A DNA stretch of 64,000 nt from Podospora anserina (lineage: Eukaryota): positions 1,178,001 to 1,242,000 of the forward strand of contig CM030334.1 in the NCBI GenBank assembly GCA_017654855.1, read 5' to 3'. Below, one piece after another: positions 1 to 12,722 of this stretch; position 1 is the first letter of the stretch; the number at the start of each line of letters is the position of its first letter. Under the pieces are notes generated by a model. That model was given only the letters and a program-made list of their open reading frames with translations, did not search any database and was not told the origin of the DNA. The position numbers and the translations under genes were made by a program.

Positions 1-1346
1 CCTCCTGCATGGACATGTTGGCATAGGCTGAGCCGTGCATGCCGAGCATGTGGAGGGACTTCTCATCAAGCTCGTCGAAGGCACCGAGACCGTGAAGGGT
101 CGTCGTCACGGGGATGGACGCCTTGTTCGCAAGCTCTCTGAGCAGCTCAACACCACGCTCCGAGCTAATGACACCTTGGCCAGCGTAGATGACAGGCTTC
201 TTGGCGATGTTGACCAAGTGAGCCACACGCTTGATAGAAGCACGGAGCTGCTTCTCGCTGGCCTCGAGAGCGGCGCGGGAGGCAGCGCTGGGGAGCGACG
301 GAATGGCGGGGGCCGTGGGAATAGCACGACGCAGAATACCAGCCGTCACGTCCTTGGGAAGATCCACGAGAACGGGACCAGGCCTTCCGCTGGTGGCAAT
401 CTCGAAGGCCTCGTTGATTCTTTGAGGCAGCTCAGCGACATTCTTCACCATGACGTTCCACTTGGTGCAGGCGCGGGAGATGCCCACAACGTCGGCTTCT
501 TGGAACGCATCGCTACCAATGGCTGTGGTAACGACCTGGCCGGTGAAAACGATCATGGGAGTACCGTCCGCAAGCGCATCAGCCATTGGTGTCACAACGT
601 TGGTGGCACCAGGACCGGAAGTCACCAAGACGACACCGGGCTTGCCAGAAGCGCGGGCGTAACCCTGGGCCATGTGGCCAGCGCCCTGCTCGTGTCTGGG
701 AAGGACAAAATCGAAATGTGGCGAGTTGTAGATGGCATCGAACACGGGAAGAATAGCACCGCCAGGGTAGCCGACTGTGTATAGTTAGCCAACTGTGCAA
801 GTTTATGGGAGTAGGAGTAGAGACATACAAATGTGCTTGACGCCGTGTCTGAGCATCATCTCATGGAAGATCTCACCACCAGTCTTGCCGATAAACCTGT
901 AGCGCATTTCGTGTTAACTATGCATACATATATATATATACATAGACGATCCTCATTTGTATAGTTGGGAGACATACGACTCGTCGACATCGTTCTTACG
1001 GGCGTTAGCCAGAGGTTGAACGTGATTGGGCTCGGCGTTGAATGATTGGGCGGGCTTTGCTCGTACGTCGCTGTATATAGGATGGAATTAGCCATTGTGT
1101 TTTTGTAGTGATGGTAGTGGTGAGTCACTACTAGTAGTAGTATGACTCCAAAGCCGACGATGGCGGTGGGACGACTTACGCAGCGGGCACCTTCGCGGCA
1201 GCCGATGTGGACTGATTCCTAACGTCTGATGGCCCATTACGGACACCTGTGATGGCAGAAGCCTTTTGTGTGAGGGAAGCAATTCGCTGTTGGCTAGGCC
1301 GAGTAGTGGCCAGCGCCTTGAGGGCGCGGCTGGTTTGACGGATCAT
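1..1346 (-). CDS. ILV2: Acetolactate synthase catalytic subunit, mitochondrial (5' part; 3' end outside window; 3 introns visible)
   Basis: Manual splicing gives MIRQTSRALKALATTRP (presequence-like), then [81 protein letters not shown], the TPP-enzyme N-terminal signature. GT-AG introns at about 1071-1179, 897-977 and 775-828. Confidence 0.96.
1121..1148. promoter_or_regulatory. Putative Gcn4/CPC-1 elements in ILV2 intron 1
   Basis: Perfect TGAGTCA at 1121-1127 and TGACTC at 1143-1148. Confidence 0.5.
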
Positions 1347-2981
1347 CACGAGAAGGTGACTGCGAAGAGACCGGAAGGAGAGCAGACGGCGGAGAGCGGG
1401 AGGTGGCGAGCTGTAAACTAGGAGAGCACACCTAGGTGAGAGGGACCTGAAGGTTATAGGAGTGGAAATAGGAAAGTTTTAGCTGTAACAGCGAGAACTG
1501 GCTATTAAACAGCAATGTAGAAAGATTCCAAAGTTCCTCTTGACGAGCCGAGGAGTCAATGGGTCTTGTTGGAGGCGGACGTGGTGGTTTTGAAAGAAAG
1601 AAACCCTGTCCTTGGCGGGAACGAGCAATCGGAGTGGTATGAGTCGTTGAATCTCAAATTTTTGGCCGTCGATTGTGGGGTAGAAAAGTGACTACACGGG
1701 TGGCACGGGCCTTATAGTGGCCCCTAGTGGCGATGTCGGAACTGCCCTGGAGCGCCCGATTTGCTGCCACGGCAAGCACACATGGCCACCGGCAGGCGGG
1801 ACGGCGCCTGGACCCTTTCACCTGCTTTTTAGAATAAGTTTCTAACCCGCCTAGAGGGTAGCCGTTGTTTCTTCTTTTGCCCTCGGCACCTTCCTGGAAC
1901 ATCATATCACGTTTCGAAACTTTCTTCTATGACAGTTCAGGCATCACACGACCAATTCATCCATCGTCTGGGAACACTGGACCATGACACCGTGGATCTT
2001 GGTGGCCGAGGAATTCAAGTTTTTGCGGGGAAGAAAGCTGCGTGCCGGTCTGCAGGTCCGTCCAATCACACGCTGTCAATTAAGTGTTCTCCCGTAAGTA
2101 ACACACCCAGCGCGACATTGTAGCACATAACGGCAAGCCGATGAGCCGATCCTTCTCTCGATATCCTCGGGATACGATATTGTTAAATTGTGCGATCACG
2201 GCCATATTCTTTGAGATCTCTGCAAGAAGCGGGCGAAGAGGGCGACCGGCCCAACGGACATTCTAATACTAGGTACCTGACATCCGGCTCACGGATGACG
2301 CCAAGGCGGGGCGGGGTCCATTCCAGGTGTCAAAAGTCACAGCCGTCACAGCCCTGCGCCGGTGGTCGGCCCCACCAAAATATTTCCAGCCGGGTATTCC
2401 AGCTTCACGCCGACAGTCGCAGCGGCCGGCCGCCTCTGACTTCACTGATCGAGCTTCGAATTAGGTTCGGCGCTACCCTGTGGCTTGTCAACACCTCCAA
2501 CTTCGGGCAAGAGCAGCATCCCGCCTTGTTTTCTAGCACTCAGCCCGCGGACACTATGCGATGATCAACTGACGACTGCAGATGCCATCCGACTGCTCAC
2601 TGCAACGCTACGGGACAGAACTGCAGCAGCAGAATGAACGGAGACAGTTTCCCGAGCTGGCCCTTCCACGTGCACCAAACCACAGCTGCCATCGGATTTG
2701 GAGTGAGAATGCTGTCTCTAGCATCAATTTGGATGCTACGCTGAGTGGATATCATCTTGGCAAGAAATCACGCTAACCTCCAGTCTGCTAACAGTTCCCA
2801 GACACGATCTTCTCGCTGTGTAAGTCACATTTCCTATTTCGCTCTCAGGCTCTCAGTTATTCCCGCCTGCCGATATTTTACACATTACAAACAGACAAAC
2901 AAACCAAAAATTGAGTCAACGTACAAGGAGATAAACAAGAGAAAATTACAAGTCACTAATCATCACTCATACTACGTGGCT

Positions 2982-5848
2982 TTAGCCACCCAAGACTCCG
3001 CCCAAAAGACCACCCTTCTTCTTCTTACCCGACTTGAGACTGTCACTGAAGGATCCAAGACCCAATCCGGCAAGGACGCGGTTCAAGCCGAGTGTACCTA
3101 GCAACCCGTCAACCAGTCCTCCCAATCCAAGGCCGCTCAGCTATAGTACTAGTGTTAGCACGTTGTTCCTTGCGTTGCAAGTGGACCCTGAAAGGACTTA
3201 CCAATCTGCCAACGAGGTTGAGCACACCACTCAATAACAACCCAACGGCGGCAAGGATCTGGAACAGAGGCTCGTTGAGCAAACCCCACAGAGGGTTGAG
3301 CTCCTTCTTTGCGTGGGGCATATCCTCAAGCTTGCGCTTGGCATTGTCGATGCACTGAGTGACATCGCCAGTGAGATCCTTGAGGAGCTCAGCAAGACGG
3401 TACTCCTCCGGAGTGGCCTCGCGAGCAGCAGTCTTGTGCTTGGCGTTGGCCGAGATGCGGCCATCAGGGTCGAGGCCCTTGATGATGCCTTGAGCCTCGG
3501 TCAAGATGCGGCCACCCTCTTCGATTAGAGGGCGGACCTCCTTGACAAGCTGCTCTTCGTCGCGCTCGTCTTCTGGAGTGCGCTCTGCCTTGTCGATTTT
3601 CTACTGTGTGTTAGTGATGAACAAGCTGTGGCGTGAGTTGGTAGTGATAACTTACCTCGGTGATCATCTTGCAGATAGGTCGAATCTTGTCAAGGCACTG
3701 GGCAATGCAGACAGACATCTGGATGGCCATCTTCTTGTCATTCTCGGCTTGCTCGCGCTTCTCCTTCTGTTCAGGTGTCTCCTCGTCCTTGACCTCAGGA
3801 ATGCCCTCAAGAAGCGAGCAGTGGCCAATGACAGTGCCCTTCTGGTCGACAACATCACCGTCGTCGTCAATCTCCTTGCCCGAGCAGACCTGAGGATCGC
3901 CAGAAGTCAACTTGCCAATGAGGTTACCATCACCATCAACAACATTGCCCTCCTTGTTGACCTTGCGGCCCGACATGGGGTTCTTGGACTTCTGAACCTC
4001 CTCGGGCTCCCAGCGCTCAGCCTTGCCAATGACATTGCCATTCTTATCCAACACATCACCATCCTCATCAACCGCCCTGCCAAACAAGACCTTGCCCTCT
4101 CCCTTCACCAATCTCCCCACGATATCCCCCGAAGGCGTAACAACAGTCCCATCCTTAGCAACCGTGCACCCCTCCAACTCGGCAAACGGCCCCTCCTTGG
4201 ATCCCTCCCTCTCCCCCTCACTAACCAACTCCGCCTTCCCCAAAACATCACCACTCTCACTCAGAATATTCCCCTTCCTATCACACATCCTCCCCACCAT
4301 CCTCTTCGGATCCCCCTCCACCACCCTCCCGTAAATAACCCCGTTCCCATCAACCACATACCCCGCCTTGTTGACCCTCTTCCCAGCCAACAAGCTATTA
4401 TCCACCTCCTTAACCTCCTCCTCCACCTCCTCCTCCGGCTCCCAACGTTCCGCCTTCCCAATCACATTCCCCGCCTTGTCAAGCACATCCCCATCAGCAT
4501 CAACAGACTTCCCCCTCAACTGCTTGACATCCCCTTCGATAATCTTGCCCACCCACTCCCCATTGCTGACAACCATCCCATTCCCGTCAACAACCGCGTC
4601 AGGGAAGGACTCGAACGGCGCAGACTCCTTGAGCATGTCATCACGTTCCGAGTCAGAGATGGGCTCAGCCTTGCCGATGATCTTGCCGTTGTCGGACCAG
4701 ATATCCCCGTTTTCGTCGACCTTCTTGCCGATGAGGTACTGTAGGATGCCGCTCACGACACGACCGACAACCTTGCCGTCGGAAACGACGTTGCCGCCTT
4801 TGTTGACGGTGCCGTTCTTGAGAATGGAAAAGTCCATTTGTTCGGCTACGGTGGAGCCCTCGCCTGCTTCGACGCCTTGGGGTTGGTCCTCTTGGATTGT
4901 ACCTTCGGGTTGACCTTCGGCTTGGGATGGGGAGAAGTCCTGGACCTGTGACTGGCCGTCTTGGATTTGGTGGGGGTCGAATTGCTCTTGTGCTTGCTCA
5001 CCAGCTTCAGTTTGGGGTTGCTGCTGCTCCGTGCCGGTGGTGGAGGGGGTTTTCTCTGTTTGCTGCTCAACATCGGGCTTCTCGGACCCTGACTTGGCGA
5101 CAGACTCGGCCTTGTCGCTGACGGTCTTGGTGTCAATGTCTGGCTTCTCAGAAGCAGCAGGCTCAGGCTCGTCGATGTTGTTATCCGCAGCCTCAACGTC
5201 TGGCTTCTCCGAGGCAGCCTTGTCGACTGTCTCCGAGGCAGGAGGCTTCTCCGATGTGGTGGTAGCATCCTCCTTTGCACTCTTGAGGAACTCCTCCCTC
5301 GCCTCATCAGTAGGCTGGTTCTCGCTCGCCTGGTCAAAAGCCTTCTTAGCCTGCTCCGTCAACCCCGACGGCGCCTCAGAGATCTTATCCGCGGCGGGGG
5401 TCTGGGTCTCTTCCTCAGCCTTGTCAGACTCTGGCTTCTCAGACGACTCGACCTTCTCCTCCGTCGTAGTCTTAGTATCCTCCCCAGCCTCAGTCTCCGT
5501 CTTGTCACTCATAGCCTTGGGCTCAACCTTCTCCGGCTTCTCCTCCTCCTTATCCTCCATCTGAATCCCCTCCTCTGTTTCCTTGGGCTTCTCCAGATGA
5601 GTATACCCTCCACTCTCCCTCTCCACCTCACTGCCATCATTCCCCTCGAAATCCCCCGACGTGGTCACAACCTCGTCGTTCTCCTCCTCCTCCTCCCGAT
5701 TCTTGTTCTGCTCCTTCTGGAGATCAATAGCCGGAGGGGAGGGGGCAGAGCGAGGGACGTTTTCCTCTTGGGGGGTGGAGACCTCCTGCTGCTGCTGCTG
5801 CTTCTTTCCCTTGCGGGAGGGGAGCGTCTTCTTCGCAATGTCGGACAT
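2982..5848 (-). CDS. Large repeat protein of the DUF3659/'LEA-domain' type: acidic disordered N-terminus, five ~60-65 aa repeats, helical C-terminal domain, Gly/Leu-rich tail (cluster gene A)
   Basis: ATG at 5848 (MSDIAKK). Repeats such as GKRVNKAGYVVDGNGVIYGRVVEG...GRAVDEDGDVLDKNGNVIGKAERWEPEE. Introns at about 3601-3655 and 3141-3201. Last exon LSGLGLGGLVDGLLGTLGLNRVLAGLGLG...GGLLGGVLGG*. Family name is from recall. Confidence 0.88.
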
Positions 5849-7453
5849 ATTGTCTTGTGGTGCGGTTGTAAAGGTGCCTTCCGTGGTGGGGGTTGTGGTA
5901 GGGGAAGCGGGACGTAAGGGAAGGGATAGGTTGAAGAAGAGTTCCAGGATGGCACAAGATAGGGACGGAGGTGAGATGATGGTGTGACTGTATAGGTAGG
6001 GTCTGTGGTGGAAAAAAAAAAGCAAGCAAGGTGAGTTACGGTGTGCTAAAGCTGTACAGTGACAACAAAATGATGTAGATGTGTGGCTGTGCTCAAAGGT
6101 TCAAGAGATTACCGTAGATAGCTATATAGATTTTTCGTTGGTCCAGAAGGAAAAAAGAATCAGACAAGAACACAGCACTAGCCTCAACCTTTTTATGTCG
6201 TCAGCATCTTGCTACCTCAACCACTATTTTCACCCGTCGTCGTCAGACGATAACTTCGAGACAAGCCGGCTTTTTCGAGAAGCTCAGAATATCTCCCCGG
6301 ACGTCATCATCGTCTCTTCTTTACGTCACGAAACCTAGGGGACTTCTCCTGCATTCACAAACTCCCACTCGCGCGCAAGAAGCAAACTGACAACCCCCCT
6401 TTTCCTTGTCCCCCAACACCCCCCAACACCTGCCGTCCCACCCACCTACCTATGCCCCCCGGGATGACTTCATCCCCCTCACCTCCCCGCCCTCCCAGAG
6501 GCCAACACCTCCAAAAGCTGCGCGTCATACCAGCCACACATCCCAAAATCCTGCCTGTGGCACTAAGTCTGCGTAACAAATCGACAGATCGGTGGCTTGC
6601 TTCAAACCTGTCGGAGGTAAAGTGTGGCGAGTGCCCTCCATCATTGGGCGGGGAAATCTTGATCAGGAAGGTGGGCTTGTCATTGGGATTGGACAATGAA
6701 CAAGCGAAACCGTTGAACTGGTGGGAAAAAAACTCAAGATTGGACAGCAATGTGTCAAGAAAGTTGGATGTTGTGTGTCACAGACACTCACAGTGTGCGT
6801 GTAAGAGGTGTGGCTGGATCAAAGAGTGGCTTGCCGTGTTTACGAAGCGGCAAGTAGCGTCAACTGTGGCGAGGGAGATACGCGGGCTGAGGTAAAGGAG
6901 TGGCCGTAGTGGCTGGTGTGTATTTTTCTCTGCCCACCCCCCTTGCTACATGGATATGGATCCTAGTGCAGTTGGGTGGTGAGTGGTGAATAACATGTGG
7001 GACTGACTGGCCAGGGCCAGCTACTCAGTTTCCTTCTAGGGCTGGCCTCCCGAAAAGCTGGGGGTGTGTGGGATGAAGCGAAAAACGTTGGATGTTCCGT
7101 TTGGCATCCCGGAACCGGACTGGAAACTTGCCGGGGTTCGAGATCTTCGCGTCCCCTCTTCTCACTCAGAAACCGAATTTTAGGGCCTCAGCTTCCTTCT
7201 CACCCCTCTCCCACGTGCATAACGGCTCACTAGCTGCTTGTCATGGAACTTTCTGAAAGAAAATTACTTGATACCTTCGCTATTGTGTGACGAGCTCGCT
7301 TTCTTTCCGGACCCTTCCCGCGGGTCTTGCAATCGCATAACCAAACATAAGTTTGGCACCATAACCCCGGAATTCGATTCCCATCATTCCTTTCATTACA
7401 TCATCCCAAGTGCATATACCAACGCCTCTGACGGCAAGACTGATCCCGATCCA

Positions 7454-8527
7454 TCAAGAAAACGAGATGTTAGGCTTGATCTGCTGACTACCAAACACGG
7501 TAGGAATCCGAATGGTAAGTTGAATCCCTTCCTTTGTTGACTTCACGTCCAGGAAGATATCGGACGGGCTGTCACTGGGGTTCTCCTTTCTCCAAGATTC
7601 CGCGTTCTGTCTTCTCTCTTCCTCCGTTCGTCTGGGTTGTCTCGGCTGGTCCGGCTCCTGCTCCTGCTCTTTTGCCTGAGACTGCTTCTGCTGCTCTCTC
7701 TTGGGAGATTTTGGCGGCGGTGACGGATGCTCTTCTTGCTCGTCTGCCACGCCATCCTCCTGACCTCCCTCTTTGTCTTCCTTCTCAGACTTTTTCCCCT
7801 GCTTCTTTTTCCTCACTGATGACGGCCCAGCCTCTGCTTGCTGCTGAATGCGCTCTCGAAGTTCCTGTTGCTCTTTCTCCTTGCGGTGAAGCGGGTTGTT
7901 GTTGTCAAGGAACTTCCCCACGACATTCCCAGACGCATCCAGAATATTGCCCAGGTGGTCAACCATCAAGGAAGCATTGGCCTTTCGCATCATGTCCAGT
8001 AAGCTGCGAGGTTGGGACTCGGTCCGTGGTGAATGTGGGCTCGTGCTGGGTTTCCTTTCGATCTCAATGTCGGCGACATAACCCAAAAGTTCCCCGTTGT
8101 CTCCCAGTATGTCGCCGTCCCTGTTGGAGACTTTGCGCCCAATAATCTCGGGGAGGTCACCGCCGGCACGGGCGAGCACCTGCCCCGTCTGATCGTCTAC
8201 AATGTCCCCATACTCATCAACTGTCTTGCCCATCAAAATAGACCCCACATAAGGCGGCAATTTTGGTCGCTCAGGTGATAAGGAGATTCCAGGGGAAACC
8301 TCGGGAATGCTGCCAATCTTGGGAATAGGGGCAACATATGCTGGGCTCCTACTTTTCGTTCTGTCTGGGGGATCCCTTTTTTCCTGTGTCTCTGGCTCCG
8401 GCTGGTCGGTAATGTCCTCAACTTCGATGTCGCTCTCGTCTTCATGCCCAACCTCCACAATGTCATCCTGTGACTGCCGGCGAGACCTTGGCAGTTGAGA
8501 TGCCTGAGTGAATTGTTTGGATGTCAT
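7454..8527 (-). CDS. Smaller DUF3659-type repeat protein with C-terminal DIFLDVKSTKEGIQLTIRIPTVF motif (cluster gene B)
   Basis: Single open frame from MTSKQF. Contains GKTVDEYGDIVDDQTGQVLARAGG...GRKVSNRDGDILGDNGELLG and VDHLGNILDASGNVVGKF, the same repeat as gene A. Confidence 0.85.
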   Translation of the reverse strand: MTSKQFTQASQLPRSRRQSQDDIVEVGHEDESDIEVEDITDQPEPETQEKRDPPDRTKSRSPAYVAPIPKIGSIPEVSPGISLSPERPKLPPYVGSILMGKTVDEYGDIVDDQTGQVLARAGGDLPEIIGRKVSNRDGDILGDNGELLGYVADIEIERKPSTSPHSPRTESQPRSLLDMMRKANASLMVDHLGNILDASGNVVGKFLDNNNPLHRKEKEQQELRERIQQQAEAGPSSVRKKKQGKKSEKEDKEGGQEDGVADEQEEHPSPPPKSPKREQQKQSQAKEQEQEPDQPRQPRRTEEERRQNAESWRKENPSDSPSDIFLDVKSTKEGIQLTIRIPTVFGSQQIKPNISFS

Positions 8528-10428
8528 GATTCTTGTAGTGGTGATCAACCTAGGTGGAATCTGCAGTGTTGGGAGTTGCTAGTATCCGATCGGACTCCAG
8601 TCCCCGCAGAGAAATGCAAAGGGTCTTGGGGCTGAAAGCCTGAAACACCAGTTTAGGCCGGTTCCAGAGCATTCGACTGGTCGACGTGCGTGAAGGCTGT
8701 TGGGTGTGTGTTGAGGGCGTGAAGTAGGAAAGGAGGGGGTGAGTGACGTCATCGGACCAGGGTTAAATCTTGTGAGCTTCGAGGCTGCAAGGTCTCGACT
8801 CAACCCTGGCAGAGTCGAGACCAACATGGAGCTGGGTTGGGTAACACGAGTGAGAAGACGGTGTTAGCCGATTGCACCTCTGCGCTTGCTAAGCTTATTA
8901 GGATAGCCTATGCAAATCGTCAGGTTGGCAGTCAAATTGCGAGTCTTTGCCCAAGACAAAGCAGAACATTGAGCTGGGCTTTTGATGTCCAGTGAGGTGG
9001 TTTTTTGTGCTGGGATGTGGCTGCATATCGGGGGCTTGGCATTGTCCCGAGGATCAGTTAGCGAACCGTTGAGATCAGTGCTGATGAAAGCGTTGAACTG
9101 CCTGGTTAGCTTCGGACCAGAATATCTCAAGCCCTGTCACTGGACGGATCAGAATTCTAGTGTTCTTCGAAATCGAGCGAGACTTGAGACATTCGAGCAG
9201 AACAATAGACGGGCCGAGCTGAAACATCATCAACGGACTGGAGAACTGCAGCCGCCATACGATTCGTCGGCCGGTGCTTGTTGAAAACCGGTTTCTGCAC
9301 CACTGCCTGCTCTGAAGCAAGCGAGGCAAGGCATGGAAGCGAGGTCAACAAGGTGCTGGCTCCTTTGGCATGCAGCTTTATGCGTCGTTAGCGGTTGATA
9401 AATCGTGGTTTTCCTGGAGATCATGAACGGATAACCAGCATATATCGGTCTTAGCCATGTCGAACCCCGTATGATGCTACAATGGCATCACGGCCAAGGC
9501 CGAGTCGGGCCGCCTGGGAGGTGACTCGAGATCTCGGAAGGCCAGCAAGTCTGACGGCTGCGCCGTGGTAGAGTTGCAGTCGTTCCTGGTGCCGGCATAA
9601 CAACGATGTTATTGCTGAGGATGACCTGTGCCGCATGGAGTTGTAACAACAGGCCATTACACGGAGGACATTATATGTCTGAGTCGAACCTCAGTCCGTC
9701 CATATATCGTAGAAGCGGTATGATAGGTAACTCGGGGAAAATGCAGAAGTGGCCGTCGTGCGTCATGACCTTGAGCGATCCCGAAACGCGCCACCGAGGT
9801 ACAGCAGCTGCATGCTAAGGTAGGTGGTCGAAGATCCGACGGCAGGCCGTTGTCAGGCAATTGTTCTTCATTGGAATTCCGATTCCTCATTGTCCGGACG
9901 TTGTAAAATGGCCTCACCAGATATCATGATTGTCATCAACAAAAGAAAATCTCGAGGTTGTTTTACAGCAGAGGTGCAATTTGTGACGCAGCGGTTGATG
10001 CACTGTAAATTGTTTTCTCCCAGGTTCCTGGCATGCCGCTGCATGACAGCTGCGAGCGCCCGCTGGAAAAGCACGGGTCAACTGTGGCACAGTGGAACCT
10101 GCCCGCTGAAATCGATCCGGGCCCCTGTGTAACGTGCCATTAAGCACTGGCCATGCTATCGGCGCCATACTAGGCAAAAGCTTCGCCAAACTTCACACAG
10201 AGACAAAATACAGCAAAATAGAACAACAACCACAGTGTCCCGAACCATATCTAATACAATTATTAGGATAAAGATAGTATACAAAAGACCAAAGACCAGA
10301 AAAAACCCATCATTAACAAAACAACTACTCCATTCGCCGCCCGACATCAGATACCCTCACCCAGCCCTGAAATGCACACGAGATGAGAAAAAGCTCACGA
10401 GAGCTTGGAACCGGAAAGTTTAGTTGCT

Positions 10429-11184
10429 TCAGTTCCTAAGGAATTAGCCCCATGTCTCTGTCTTGCAGTTGACGTGTAACAGTGTGCTATCAAGCGGAGG
10501 CGCATCATCCACCATCATGGTCATCTCATCGAGCATCTGTCTAGGCAAACAGCCTGCTGATCGTCCTCCACATGGGAGGGCGTGTCTTGCTTATGTCTCT
10601 CTACATGGACCTTTAGCCTTAGGTAAGAAACATGACGGAAAGAGAGATGAAGTAAACAAGAAGGCGATACATCCGACCCTCGAAGCTAACCAAATCGCAG
10701 TCGCCGTGGTTGTCGCATGCGCCGTTCACTTGATCAGGGGGAGGGAAGGAGAGGGGAAGGGGAAGGGGTAAGAATAGGGATGGGTAAAATGAAGATAAAA
10801 GAAAAGGGTAACTTACAAGAGAGCAAGCTCAAGATCGCCATGGATCTTTGCCTTGAGAGTAATCTCAATGTCGAGGTTGAGGTCAAGACGAAGCCTCAAA
10901 GTGTCGCTCTTGCCGCCGCCACCACCGCCTTGTTGGTTGACGGCGCCGCCAGCTACACCACCTAGCACACCGGTTGCGCCGTTGACAAGGCCGCCTGCTG
11001 TTTGTCCGACGCTGTCGAGGGCAAGGCTGTCAAGGGGACCACCGCCGCCCTGCTGTTGTTGGCGCTTTCCGCGTCTCCGTGGGGGAGGAGCATAGTCCTC
11101 AGACTCCTCACCCTCAGACTCGTAGACCTGGGGCTTTGGCTGGCGCTTGGGCTTCTTGGTCTCTGAGCCGCTTCGGGAAGACAT
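10429..11184 (-). CDS. Small low-complexity protein ending in LRLRLDLNLDIEITLKAKIHGDLELALL (cluster gene C)
   Basis: ATG at 11184 (MSSRSGSETKKP). GTAAGT donor inside the last Leu codon (10816). Candidate branch/acceptor GCTAATTCCTTAG ends at 10436, giving ...ALLN*. The unspliced form stops at 10813. Confidence 0.85.
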
Positions 11185-11942
11185 TGTGGGTGTTTGTTGT
11201 GGTGGGAGTAGCCGTGAGGTGTTGTGGGAAGAGATGGGTTCAGGGTCTTGCTGATCAGGTTGCTTTCTAGAGAAGTTGAATGATGAGATGCATCTTAAGG
11301 GTCCTAGGGACTCCGAGATGGGCACTTATAAACGGCAGACATCTCCAGAACCCTTTGTGTCCAAAACAGGATTCTATCGGACGGATGAGCAATGAAGTCA
11401 TCGGCCTCGACAGGAGGAGCCCTCATTCTGACGAGTCCAGCAGAAAATCTCCGACACCAGGCCCTACACCAGGCCCTACATCACAGCCGCTACAGCACAC
11501 CACGGCTAGCCGACGGCCTTACACCATAAGGGTACAGTAGTCACTCAGCACAAAGTATGACTGTCTCTGTCCAATGATCACGGGGGGTAGCACCATGCTC
11601 GTGTTCTAGGCAAGCGAGGATGGATCAACACAAAATGGGGGTGTGTTAATCTAGCCCCTGTTTAGCTGCATAAAGAGAAAAGCTCACTAAAATTACAGCG
11701 CCGAGAACGCCAACCGCCCCCTGATGCACTGTGCAGCACTCAACACCCGAGGCCAATGACACCCCAAGGGACACCCCCCCAGGGCACATCATCCCGGCCC
11801 ACATGAAACATGCATTCACACCTCACCCACAAACACCATCATCCAACAAGACAAGTCCAGCTTCACATGATCCTCCCCCCGCGATCGCTCATGTCAACGT
11901 CACTCTCACGCACACACCCCCTCCCCATCCTCCACGTTTCGC

Positions 11943-12722
11943 CTACCCATTCGCGCCCTTGACATAGCGGCTCTCCATTCCCAACTGCAGCTGCCGGCGA
12001 AGCAACACAGGGACCCACTGGCGCGAACGGTGTCTGTTCAACACGCCCCCTTCCGGCCATAGCTCCTCTTTGTCCCCCTCCGTTTCGCTCTCATCCTCAC
12101 TCTCACCCTCGTCCTCGCTTTCACTCACATCCTCCGAAAAACACCCATCGCGATCAAAAGCGATGGCCCATTTCTTGTTTTCCATCTGAACCGCCACAAA
12201 GCGGGCCGCGTCACCTTGCAGCGTCAGCCACTTCTCATCACTGGTCCAGAACCATGGCCCGATGGTGTGTCCCAGCGTAGCCTGCCGCCCTCCGTGGCGC
12301 ACCAAGTTGGTGTCTTTATCGACATAGATCCAGTTCAGCATGGGCGGGTCGTCGGCGATGGTGCTCACCATGCCCAAGTGCTGCTCCTCGGACGGGTATG
12401 GGAAGTAGTACCCAAAGAACTTGTGGCCAGGCACAGGAAAGGACGGGTGGTCGATCCACAACTGCCAAAGAGAATGTCAGCCGAACGGAGTTTCTTCCGG
12501 CTTGTTGATGTCATCTGGGTTTTCCCAAACAAGACTCACCATGCCGTTCTTCAAAACGCACCAACACTCGACCGGGCCATCCTCGTCGAGAGAAACGGTG
12601 ACCGTCATACGGAACTTGGCCTTCTCTTTTGCCGCTTCATTGGCCTTCTTCTGTGCGCTCAGGGCTTCGCAGACCCCTATCGTCGTGGGAATCCCCGCTA
12701 TGACAAGCAAGCCCACGACCAT
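11943..12722 (-). CDS. Conserved-looking fungal protein with N-terminal hydrophobic helix and PPMLNWIYVDKDT domain (cluster gene D)
   Basis: Exon 1 MVVGLLVIAGIPTTIGVCEALSAQKK...KNGM. Intron at about 12462-12539 (GTGAGT..CTGAC..CAG). Exon 2 LWIDHPSFPVPGHKFFGYYFPYP...GMVSTIADDPPMLNWIYVDKDT. Confidence 0.87.

Noticed and set aside
35-784. 249-aa plus-strand ORF
   Set aside because: Antisense shadow of the ILV2 coding exon.
3506-4744. 412-aa plus-strand ORF
   Set aside because: Antisense shadow of gene A, caused by codon bias.
8550-10400. Possible sixth cluster gene among many short ORFs
   Set aside because: No codon bias, motif or consistent splice pattern.
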